DNA of 64,000 bases, from the IMG/VR virus record IMGVR_UViG_3300045988_163359. One strand, 5' to 3'. This document shows positions 9,149-17,809 of this stretch, one piece after another. The translations under genes and the position numbers were made by a program. Position 1 is the first letter of the stretch, and each line of letters begins with the position of its first letter. This stretch comes from a virus. The notes below the pieces were generated by a model. The model did not search any database, was not told the origin of the DNA, and saw nothing but the letters and a program-made list of their open reading frames with translations.

Positions 9149-9792
9149 TGAGTATAAGTATTTTAACCGATTTTTTACCTATTGAAGTTGAAATAGAAGG
9201 AGTGCGATATCCAATTAACTGGGATTTTCGCACTTCTATTTTATTTGAACAGTTAATGTTAAATAATAATATTAGTGAAAAAGAAAAATCAGATGAGGCT
9301 CTACAACTATATTATGGTTATGAAATAGATACAATTAAATATATTAATAATAATAATATTAATCAATTTGTTGAAGAAATGTTATTATTTTATAAGTGTG
9401 GGAAAAAAATTATTAGTACTAACGAAGATTCAGAAAAGAGCGAAAACTCTAGTAAAAATGAAATTATCTATAGCTTTGAACATGATGATTTTTACATTTA
9501 TAGTGCATTTATGCATGATTATCACATTGATTTACAAGATATTGAAGGATTACACTGGTGGAAATTTAAAGCATTATTTAATTCTTTATCAAGTGATTGT
9601 AAATTCATAAAAATATTAGAATATAGAAGTATTGATTTATCTGAGATACAAGATAAACAACAAAAGAATTTCTATAGAAAAATGAAAAAACTTTATACTT
9701 TACCTCAGTCATTAGAGGAAAAGGAAAAACAAGCATTAATAACAGAAATGCTATTGAAAGGTGAAGATCCTGGAGAATTATTAAGACAATAG
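9148..9792 (+). CDS. phage Gp15-family protein (A118 gp15-like)
   Basis: LPIEVEIEGVRYPINWDFRTSILFEQLM start typical of the Gp15 family found just upstream of tape measure genes. Confidence 0.55.
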   Translation: MSISILTDFLPIEVEIEGVRYPINWDFRTSILFEQLMLNNNISEKEKSDEALQLYYGYEIDTIKYINNNNINQFVEEMLLFYKCGKKIISTNEDSEKSENSSKNEIIYSFEHDDFYIYSAFMHDYHIDLQDIEGLHWWKFKALFNSLSSDCKFIKILEYRSIDLSEIQDKQQKNFYRKMKKLYTLPQSLEEKEKQALITEMLLKGEDPGELLRQ

Positions 9793-9834
9793 TTATGTTT
9801 TGTACTATAATATTATTATAGGGGGGAGTATAGT

Positions 9835-10365
9835 ATGAAAAGAACAGGAACTTTATTTTTAAAGGCTTTATTTATTCTCTGCATAGTATTTATTATAGGA
9901 GTGACATTAGGTATAAATAGTAAAAAGAGTAATGATACAGTTTATGAAGATACCTTAAAGGAAGAAAAACAAGAAACTGTTGTCAAAGCAAAACCTACAA
10001 CTGTGGAAGAATTAATAAACAAAGAAACAAAATTTAAACCAAATTATAATAAAAATTCAAAAGTTTTAACTCTAAATGGAAATTACACTAGTAATTTAGG
10101 TAGTGAAAAAGGTTTATTTTTAGCAAGATACTCAGCTTATGAATCTGTTAAATTATGTGAGGAAACCTTTCCTAATAATGTTGAAAGTTATGTAATAAAT
10201 TTTTATCATGATACTGTAGATAAATATGGAAACAAAAAAGATACAAAAGTTTATTCATTAGTTTTATGTGAAGATGAACTTTCTAAAATAAATTGGAATA
10301 ATATAGACAGTAGTATGTTATCAGATTTAGGAGAAGAATATATTAATCCAGTTATATTTAGATAA
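9835..10365 (+). CDS. membrane-anchored/secreted protein (moron)
   Basis: N-terminal signal-anchor MKRTGTLFLKALFILCIVFIIGVTLG. Has its own RBS and terminator. Confidence 0.55.
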   Translation: MKRTGTLFLKALFILCIVFIIGVTLGINSKKSNDTVYEDTLKEEKQETVVKAKPTTVEELINKETKFKPNYNKNSKVLTLNGNYTSNLGSEKGLFLARYSAYESVKLCEETFPNNVESYVINFYHDTVDKYGNKKDTKVYSLVLCEDELSKINWNNIDSSMLSDLGEEYINPVIFR

Positions 10366-10372
10366 ATTTTTA

Positions 10373-10400
10373 AACACTTACATTTTGTAGGTGTTTTTTT
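10373..10400 (+). terminator. rho-independent terminator
   Basis: AACACTTAC-loop-GTAGGTGTT followed by T7. Confidence 0.6.
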
Positions 10401-10423
10401 ATGCCTAAAAAGGAGGTGAGGGT

Positions 10424-11083
10424 ATGGCAGCAGATGGAAAAGTTGTTATAGAAGTTGAATTAAAATCTGATCAAGTTGAAGGTCAGTTAAATGAACTTAA
10501 AAATGCCTTTGCTGATTTAGGTGGTGTTGGTAAAGTATTTGGAGAAATGAGTTCTCTAGTTGGAACTTTTTCAAATACTTTTAAAGCATTAAGTGGAATT
10601 GTTGGACCAGTTGCAGCAGGAGTTGTTGCAGCAGTAACTACAATGGTAACTGCTTTTTCAAAATTATATGATGCTAGTAAACAAAATTTCTTTGAAAACT
10701 TGCAGAATATATCTGAAAAATTACAACCAGTTGTTGATATTGTTCAAAATGCTACAAACACCATTTTGGATTGCTTTAGTCAAGTTACAGATTTTTCATT
10801 TGATTTCAGCACTCTAATGGCAGATGCAATTGAATTTGAGAGTTCTATGGCTCGTGTGTCTGGTATAATGGGTGTTTTAGGTGATGATGCAAAGGTTTTG
10901 ACAGAAACAACAAGACAATACGGAGCTACCACTAGGTACACCAGTGTACAGGTGAGTGAAGCTTTTAGCTATATGGGTATGGCAGGATTTTCATTACAAG
11001 AGTCTCTTGCGTCAATACAAGATGTTTTAAATTTAACTACCATCGGTGCCACTGAACTCGGCATTGCCAGTGATATCGTGACT
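10424..11083 (+). CDS. tail tape measure protein, exon 1 of 3
   Basis: TP901-type TMP core begins here (..YGATTRYTSVQVSEAFSYMGMAGF..ASDIVT). The reading frame loses TMP character after 11083. Confidence 0.8.
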
Positions 11084-11377
11084 AAAAAATTGGTCGGTTT
11101 AGTAGAAATACTATTCAAAAAACATTCGGTGAATTGCTGGAAAGCTAAGTTAATATTGATACTACAAATTAATAATTAATATGCTAATCAGCAACCAAGC
11201 CATGGAAAGCCATAAAAGTACATGGAAGGTTCAGAGACTAGGAGAATGAATAGGCGAATAATAATTTCTCCCACGAGCGCCGAACACCTTAACAAGTAAA
11301 GTTGAAGGTGATGATATAGTCCCATCCTCTTATGAAAATAAGAGTTCTAGGATAAAGAGCCTAGATATAAGATAATG
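11084..11377 (+). ncRNA. group I intron 1 (ORF-less, 294 nt)
   Basis: 5' exon ends in U and can pair with GGTCG 11092-11096 (P1 with U:G). P7-like CAGAGACTAGG and GATATAGTC boxes. Ends in G. Shares the 16-mer TAGGATAAAGAGCCTA with intron 2. Confidence 0.7.
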
Positions 11378-11482
11378 GATGGTTTAACTGCAATGAACAT
11401 GTCTGCATCTCAAGCATCAAATTTCGTAGATTATATGGCAGCAACTATTACTCGTAGTAATACAACTGTTGAATTAATGGGT
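11378..11482 (+). CDS. tail tape measure protein, exon 2 of 3 (35 codons)
   Basis: DGLTAMNMSASQASNFVDYMAATITRSNTTVELMG continues the TMP core in frame with no start codon of its own. Confidence 0.75.
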
Positions 11483-12753
11483 AGACGTTTTGCCCATGTA
11501 AAAACTCTTTAATTCGGTGAAACACTAAGTTGACAAGATTAGTTAAGAACTTTATAATAATATTTAACAGTTTCCCCCATAAATTCAAAGGAGAGTGTTA
11601 AGTTGGTGAGAAGATTAACTGATGAAGAATTTAAAGAAAGATTATTAAATTATAATAATGGAGAATATGAAAATGTAGAACCATACATAAATAAAAGAAC
11701 TAAAATTTTATTTAAACATAAATGCGGAAAGAAATTTTATTCTTATCCAATGGATGTATTGTATGGGAAGAAACATTGCCCTGTATGTATTAAGAAAAAA
11801 ATAAGTGAATTAACTCGAAAACCAAAAGAAAAATTTCTTGAAGAATTTAATGAATTAGCAAAAGGAGAATATACACTTTTAACAGATTACGAAAAATCTA
11901 ATAAAAAAGTAATTATAAAACATAATGTTTGTGGGCATAAATTTGAAGTCACACCAAATAATTTTATAAGCAAGAAAAGTAGATGCCCATTATGTTTTGG
12001 TGGAAATATAAAAAAGACAAAAGAACAATTTAAACAAGAAATTTTAGAGTTAACAGATGGAGAATTAATAGTAATAGGTGATTATACAAACAAAAATACA
12101 TTAATAGAAGTATTACATACAGAATGTAATCAAGTTTTTATGGCATACCCTAAAAGCCTTCTAAGAGGTTGTAGTTGTTCTCATTGTAAAGAAAGTAAAG
12201 GGGAGAGGGAAGTCAAAAGGGTTTTAAAAAAATTAAATTTACAATTTAAAAAACAATATAGATTTAAAGATTGTAGAGGAAAAAAATATCCATTACCTTT
12301 TGATTTTGCTGTTATAAAAGATGATAAAATAGATTTTTTAATTGAATATGACGGAGAACAACACTTTAAACCTATACAATTTAGAGGTATAAATGATAAA
12401 AAAGCCCTTAAATTACATAAAGAAACGCTAGAAAGGGATAATATAAAAACAAAATATTGTCTTAATAAAAATATAAGCCTATTAAGAATACCTTATTATA
12501 ATTTTAATAAAATTGAAGAAATAATATGTCAATATGTCAATACCGAGCCAAGCTAGTTAGGAAACTACTAGAAGGTGTAACGACTAGGTAAAGTAACCTA
12601 AGAAAAAAGAACCTGTGTAGGTTCTTTTTTTATGGAAAAATACCCACGAACAGGAGTGATTTATTCTTAATTGAATAATGAAAGATATAGTCTAAACTAT
12701 ATGGAAACATATAGAGCATAGGATAAAGAGCCTATGGTTAATCACAAAAATTG
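11483..12753 (+). mobile_element. group I intron 2 with homing endonuclease ORF (1271 nt)
   Basis: Exon end ATGGGT pairs perfectly with GCCCAT 11492-11497 (U:G at the splice site). GACTAGG / GATATAGTC core boxes. Terminal G 12753. Confidence 0.75.
11603..12556 (+). CDS. intron-encoded homing endonuclease, Vsr/PD-(D/E)xK-like with three Zn-ribbon modules
   Basis: Three H..CG..F....P......CPxC repeats. C-terminal GEREVKRVL...FDFAV...IEYDGEQHF...RDNIK...LLRIPY resembles Vsr/DUF559/EDxHD-type nucleases. Confidence 0.6.
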   Translation: MVRRLTDEEFKERLLNYNNGEYENVEPYINKRTKILFKHKCGKKFYSYPMDVLYGKKHCPVCIKKKISELTRKPKEKFLEEFNELAKGEYTLLTDYEKSNKKVIIKHNVCGHKFEVTPNNFISKKSRCPLCFGGNIKKTKEQFKQEILELTDGELIVIGDYTNKNTLIEVLHTECNQVFMAYPKSLLRGCSCSHCKESKGEREVKRVLKKLNLQFKKQYRFKDCRGKKYPLPFDFAVIKDDKIDFLIEYDGEQHFKPIQFRGINDKKALKLHKETLERDNIKTKYCLNKNISLLRIPYYNFNKIEEIICQYVNTEPS

Positions 12754-15700
12754 GAAACAATGAAGTATGCCGGTTCAGTAGCTGGGACATTGGGCGTTTC
12801 TATGGATGATTTATCAGTTGCTATCGGTCTAATGGCGAATTCATCAGTAAAAGGAAGTCGTGCAGGGACTGCAATGAGAACATTGTTGGCAAATTTAAGT
12901 GCACCTACTGAAACCGTAGCAAAAGCTATGGATAAATACGGAATAGGACTTGTTACTGCGAAAGATGGTTCAGTTGACTTAGATAAAACATTAAGAAATT
13001 TAAGAAGTAGTTTAAAATCATTACCTTTAGTTGAACAAGCAGCTGCATGTAAAGATTTAGCTGGTAAAACAGGTATGACAGGTTTACTATCAATTGTCAA
13101 TGCTACGGATGATGCATATGATAGTTTAACTAATAGCGTACAAAACTCTACTCAGACAGTTTCTTATTGGAATCAAAATTTAGGAGAAGCAGGAGTTACT
13201 GGAAAAGAATGTAGTAAAAGAATAAACAACTTAAAAGAAGTTTTAAGTCAAACAGAATATTTAGGTGCTGCATTCAATATGACAACTCAAGATATGGCTT
13301 TAGCTTTACAAGTTTTAGGTTCTGATGCAAAAGTAACATCAAAGAATGTTGAAGATTTATTTGGCGTTTTAGATGCAATGAGAGACCCCACTCAATCACA
13401 GAAAAAAATTTTTAAAGAGTTAGGATTAAGTTATAGAGAAATTAAAGATGATGCTTTCGATTATAGTGCTACTTGCGATATGATCAATGAAAATACAAAA
13501 GGAATAGTAGATTCTTCTAAAGGTTTAAAAAACGTTGTATCTAAGAATGACTTAATAAAACAATTATATCCTAATATGTCACTTGAAAAAGCTAATGAAG
13601 TATTAAAAAAATATGGCATGACTGCTAAAACTCAATCTACTGGCCAAATAGATTTAATTGCAAATTTAAAAGAACTTAGAAGTGCTTTTAGTGGTATGGA
13701 TCAAGCTACTAGAGAACAAACGTTAAGTAACCTTGGATTATCAGATTCTTTAAGTGAAATAAATGAAGTATGTGGTTTATCTGACGAACAGTTTGATAAA
13801 TATTGCAAAAACTTAGAATTGGTAACAGGTTTATCTGAAAAAATGTCCCAAACAATGGACGAAACTACAAAATATTATTTATTAGTACTATCATCAGCAC
13901 TTCAAGATGTTGCTATACAAGGATTTGAATTTTTAAAACCATCTATACAATCTACAGCCGATGCATTAGCTAAATTTTTCACTGTATGGAGAAGTGGCAA
14001 TGAAGATGGTACTACAAAAAATAATCAAGCTTTATATACATTTGATAATTTTAAAAAAGCATTAGATAATTTACTCGAACATATAAAAAATGCAGATATA
14101 TCAGGAGCAATTCAACAGGCCTTTAGTGGAATTAATACTTTTATAACTCAAGGTGGATTGAGTAGAGTATTAGCTATCGGCAAAGAAATTATACATCAAA
14201 TTTGTCAAGGAATTATAAATAGTAAAGGCGATATAAGAGAAGGTATTTCAAGTGCTATTAAACAAATTTCAGAATTTGTAAAAGATGTTGCTCCAGAGAT
14301 AGAAGAGGCCGGTAAAGTTATTTTAGATGCATTAAGAGACGGAATAAAAAACAATTCAGACAATATACATGACGCTTTAGAGGCAGTGGCTTCTGTAATG
14401 AATACATGGATAGAAGGTAGCGAAGAAATAAAATCTTTAACGGGTAATTTCGCAGATATTTTCATTGACAGTTTTATTGAAAACTTAACTGACAGATTTA
14501 CTGGTAGAGCATCAGAACTTTGGCAAGCAATAACAAGTTGGCTTACTAATTCTGATTATAATTTTGATTTTCTTAGCCTTTTTAGTACTTCTTTAGGAAT
14601 GCCTAATTTCTTATATAAAAGCAATAAAGGTTTTATAGAAAGAATAAAAAAATGGTTTACTGGTGAATCTTATGCTGATGAAAAGACTGGTAATGAAAAA
14701 CCTCTTAATACTAAAGATTCTAATAGCAATAAAATAAACTCTAAACTTTCTAATATGGATACTAATGAAATAAAAGCATTACAAACACAATTAACAGCTT
14801 TACAGACAACAGTACAAAGTGTTTCAAATTCAATTTCTCAAGCATTTACATCATTACAAAATAATTTAAGAACTAGTTTAGTTGGATGTGCAAATATAGC
14901 AAGAAATCAATTTGTAAGTATATCAAACGTAGCTAGAAATCAATGCTTAAATGTATCTAATATAGTAAGAAACCAATTTCTATCTATTAGTAATATAATA
15001 CGTAATCAAATTACAAATGCTAGAAATGTTGTTACATCACAAATGATAAGCATGAAGAATGTTATATCAACTCAAGTTTCAGAGGCTAGGAATAAACTTA
15101 CATCTCAAATGATATCAATTAGAAATGTATCTAGAACACAGATTACACTTGCTAGAAATGCTGTTACATCTCAAATGATATCAATGAAAAGAGTTATAAC
15201 TACTCAATCAAGAGAAGCAAGAAATAACTTTACAAGACAAATGATAAGCATGAAAAATGTTGCTAGAACTCAATCAAGAGAAATCGGTCAACAAATGGCT
15301 AACGGTGTTACTCAAGGTATTCAAAGTGGTACATCAAGAGCAGTTAGTGCGGCAAGGAGTCTTGTTAATCAAGTTAATGCAGAAATGAAAAAGACTGCTA
15401 AAATAAATTCTCCTTCAAGAGTTACTACAGAATATGGTGAATTCATGGACGAAGGTTTAATTAACGGTTTAAAAAACAAATCAAAACAAGTATATGAAGC
15501 AGCTAAAAATGTAACTGCTGAAATGCAAAATGCAATGAAAATGGCTGTTCAATCTGAAACAACTAAGTTTTCATTAGAAGCTAGTAATAATAGTAATCTT
15601 AGAATTATAAATAGTGTAAGCAATAATACAGTAAAAGAAATCGCTAATTCATTAGGTGAAACCTTGAAAGAAACTATAGGAGATATAAGTGATAGACCTA

Positions 15701-15822
15701 TACAAGTCCAAGCTAACATGGATAAAGTAAAAGTTGTAGATATAATTGCAAAACCTATCGATGAAAAAAATAAACGAGATGAAAAAAGATTAAATAGATT
15801 GGAGGGAATAACAAGTGTTTAA
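12754..15822 (+). CDS. tail tape measure protein, exon 3 of 3
   Basis: ETMKYAGSVAGTLGVSMDDLSVAIGLMANSSVKGSRAGTAMRTLL is the conserved TMP core continuation. Long helical repeats follow. Confidence 0.85.
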   Translation, partial: ETMKYAGSVAGTLGVSMDDLSVAIGLMANSSVKGSRAGTAMRTLLANLSAPTETVAKAMDKYGIGLVTAKDGSVDLDKTLRNLRSSLKSLPLVEQAAACKDLAGKTGMTGLLSIVNATDDAYDSLTNSVQNSTQTVSYWNQNLGEAGVTGKECSKRINNLKEVLSQTEYLGAAFNMTTQDMALALQVLGSDAKVTSKNVEDLFGVLDAMRDPTQSQKKIFKELGLSYREIKDDAFDYSATCDMINENTKGIVDSSKGLKNVVSKNDLIKQLYPNMSLEKANEVLKKYGMTAKTQSTGQIDLIANLKELRSAFSGMDQATREQTLSNLGLSDSLSEINEVCGLSDEQFDKYCKNLELVTGLSEKMSQTMDETTKYYLLVLSSALQDVAIQGFEFLKPSIQSTADALAKFFTVWRSGNEDGTTKNNQALYTFDNFKKALDNLLEHIKNADISGAIQQAFSGINTFITQGGLSRVLAIGKEIIHQICQGIINSKGDIREGISSAIKQISEFVKDVAPEIEEAGKVILDALRDGIKNNSDNIHDALEAVASVMNTWIEGSEEIKSLTGNFADIFIDSFIENLTDRFTGRASELWQAITSWLTNSDYNFDFLSLFSTSLGMPNFLYKSNKGFIERIKKWFTGESYADEKTGNEKPLNTKDSNSNKINSKLSNMDTNEIKALQTQLTALQTTVQSVSNSISQAFTSLQNNLRTSLVGCANIARNQFVSISNVARNQCLNVSNIVRNQFLSISNIIRNQITNARNVVTSQMISMKNVISTQVSEARNKLTSQMISIRNVSRTQITLARNAVTSQMISMKRVITTQSREARNNFTRQMISMKNVARTQSREIGQQMANGVTQGIQSGTSRAVSAARSLVNQVNAEMKKTAKINSPSRVTTEYGEFMDEGLINGLKNKSKQVYEAAKNVTAEMQNAMKMAVQSETTKFSLEASNNSNLRIINSVSNNTVKEIANSLGETLKETIGDISDRPIQVQANMDKVKVVDIIAKPIDEKNKRDEKRLNRLEGITSV

Positions 15823-17809
15823 GTTTAATAACATTGATTTAGAAATGTTTGTCAAAGTTATTTCGATAGATACAACTTTGATGTCAGAAAGAGTAAATAA
15901 CTTTTTAGATCCTCCATCTAAAAACGGACGATATTATCAAAATTCAAAATATGATTATAAAGAAATAACGATTACTTTTGATATAAAATCAGATACAGAA
16001 GAAGATTGTAAAGATATTATTGATACTTTATCATCTATATTTGATGTTTCTGAGGAAAAAGAACTTGTTATAGATGACAATGAAAGAGTTTATCTAGCAA
16101 TTCCTGACGGCAAGTTTTCAAAAGAAAAAATTACTAAAGGTATGCGAAGAATAAAAACATCATTTATATGCCCAATACCTTTTTCGCACAACAGTGATGC
16201 AAAGATTTTCAATGGTGGAAAAAAGATAACTGTTACAAACGAAGGAAATACAAGCACTCCTGCTATAGTAGAAGTTGATTTCAACGGTGAAGCAACATAT
16301 TGCCAAATAGATGGTCAAGACGGAAAAGCAATACTTGTTGGTGAATATCCTAGTTTAGTTAACGAAAAGAAAGAAAAAAATTCTACTATTGTTGATGAAC
16401 CTTGTGAAACTACAGAAAAATTTGTATCAGTAACAGGGGAAGTTGATGCTAAAAGAACTATAACTGGTACTATTCAACCAAATGATGGTGGCTCTAGTTG
16501 GTGTATACAGGCGGCTGATTATGGCAGTGGGGACGATTGGCATGGGCCTGCATTAAGATATAATTTACCTTCTAATGTTACTGATTTCGAATGTAGTATG
16601 TATTTTTATCATGACAGTACAGGTAAACTTGAATATAACGAGTTTGGCTCTACTAATGTAACAGAAAAGACTAAATACAAAGTAACATCTACTACTGTAA
16701 AACTAAAGGAAAAAAGACTTTCTAGCAGTAAAACATTGCTAAGTATAAAAAAAGGTGTTTATTTAACTGCAGATGAAATTGTAAATGGATGGATAAAAAC
16801 TACATATAGTAGTCAAACTGGATGGATAAAAATTTCAACCGGTTTGAAAAAAGTTACAGTAACAACAGCAAATTATTACACAAAGCAATCAGTATCTTTA
16901 AGAGCAACTGGAAGCAAAAAAGCAAAACTTTTAGCTACAATTCCGAAAGGTACTTGTATTGTTGTATACCCAAATAGTAAACAAGGAAAGTATACGAAAG
17001 CAACTTATAAAGGGCAAACCGGATATGTTTACACCGATTACATTATAGAAGGGGATAAAGTTCAGATAGAAACGGATAAAGAAGTTGATACTGCAGAAGA
17101 TAAAATGGGTATTGTAGAATGTTATGGATTAGATCAAAAAGGTAATAAACTTTTCAAAGTTATGATTTGTGACGAAAATGAATACTTCGAAGCTACTTAT
17201 CCACTTGTGCAAATTGGAAATGTAGAGTTTTTAAAGGATTCAGAATTTAATATACCTAAGATTGACCCAATAATTACAACAAGTGGTTCTGATGACAGTT
17301 TAACTGTTACGAAAAAAACCCCTCGAAGTGGTAAAACAGGTAATTGGAACGAGTTTAAAGGCCATTTTACAGTAAGACGAGAAAATAACGAGTGGTATGC
17401 AGAAGTAGTAAAATACAATGAAGCTGGAGAAATAGTAAAAACATTGCCAAGTGAAAGAATGAAGAGTGACAAATTTCCTCTTGGTGATTTAAATCATATT
17501 GTTATCTTCTTTGGGAAATATGCTGATAAAAAAGTTGTTGATACTATGACTTTTAATAGATTAGTTATAGAAAAACTAAATGAAGATGGAGAAGATGAAA
17601 ATATTGATACTACTATATTTAAGCAAGGCGATACATTAAAAGTAGATTTTGCTAACAATGAGGTTTATATAAATAATGTAAAAAACATGGAACATGTTGA
17701 TATAGGCAGTAATTTCTTTGAAATCCTCCCAGGCGAATACAATTTAAAAATTTCAAGTGATGCAGATATTACAAGTTCTATAATTTTTAATGAAAGGTGG
17801 TTGGATTAG
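15815..17809 (+). CDS. distal tail protein (Dit) with C-terminal extension containing two SH3b-like repeats
   Basis: N-terminal Sipho_tail-like start directly after the TMP gene. GWIKTTYSSQTGWIKI and KATYKGQTGYVYTDYI are SH3b-type motifs. Confidence 0.7.
   Translation: MFKFNNIDLEMFVKVISIDTTLMSERVNNFLDPPSKNGRYYQNSKYDYKEITITFDIKSDTEEDCKDIIDTLSSIFDVSEEKELVIDDNERVYLAIPDGKFSKEKITKGMRRIKTSFICPIPFSHNSDAKIFNGGKKITVTNEGNTSTPAIVEVDFNGEATYCQIDGQDGKAILVGEYPSLVNEKKEKNSTIVDEPCETTEKFVSVTGEVDAKRTITGTIQPNDGGSSWCIQAADYGSGDDWHGPALRYNLPSNVTDFECSMYFYHDSTGKLEYNEFGSTNVTEKTKYKVTSTTVKLKEKRLSSSKTLLSIKKGVYLTADEIVNGWIKTTYSSQTGWIKISTGLKKVTVTTANYYTKQSVSLRATGSKKAKLLATIPKGTCIVVYPNSKQGKYTKATYKGQTGYVYTDYIIEGDKVQIETDKEVDTAEDKMGIVECYGLDQKGNKLFKVMICDENEYFEATYPLVQIGNVEFLKDSEFNIPKIDPIITTSGSDDSLTVTKKTPRSGKTGNWNEFKGHFTVRRENNEWYAEVVKYNEAGEIVKTLPSERMKSDKFPLGDLNHIVIFFGKYADKKVVDTMTFNRLVIEKLNEDGEDENIDTTIFKQGDTLKVDFANNEVYINNVKNMEHVDIGSNFFEILPGEYNLKISSDADITSSIIFNERWLD

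Noticed and set aside
9368-9610. Same-strand overlapping ORFs 9368-9610, 23162-23344, 24587-24793, 42294-42488 partner frames and 48775-48966
   Set aside because: 9368-9610, 23162-23344, 24587-24793 and 48775-48966 are alternative frames inside longer, better-supported genes and have no independent signals. 42294-42488 was kept as a feature because it has its own RBS.
8720-9792. Programmed -1 frameshift between the two chaperone-like genes, as in gpG/gpGT
   Set aside because: The two ORFs simply overlap by one nucleotide (TAATG-type coupling). I saw no slippery heptamer or extended overlapping frame.
11084-11179. The 3' tail of track ORF 10424-11179 (..KKLVGLVEILFKKHSVNCWKAKLILILQINN)
   Set aside because: TMP-like sequence stops at 11083 and resumes in frame at 11378. 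The tail is read-through into group I intron 1.
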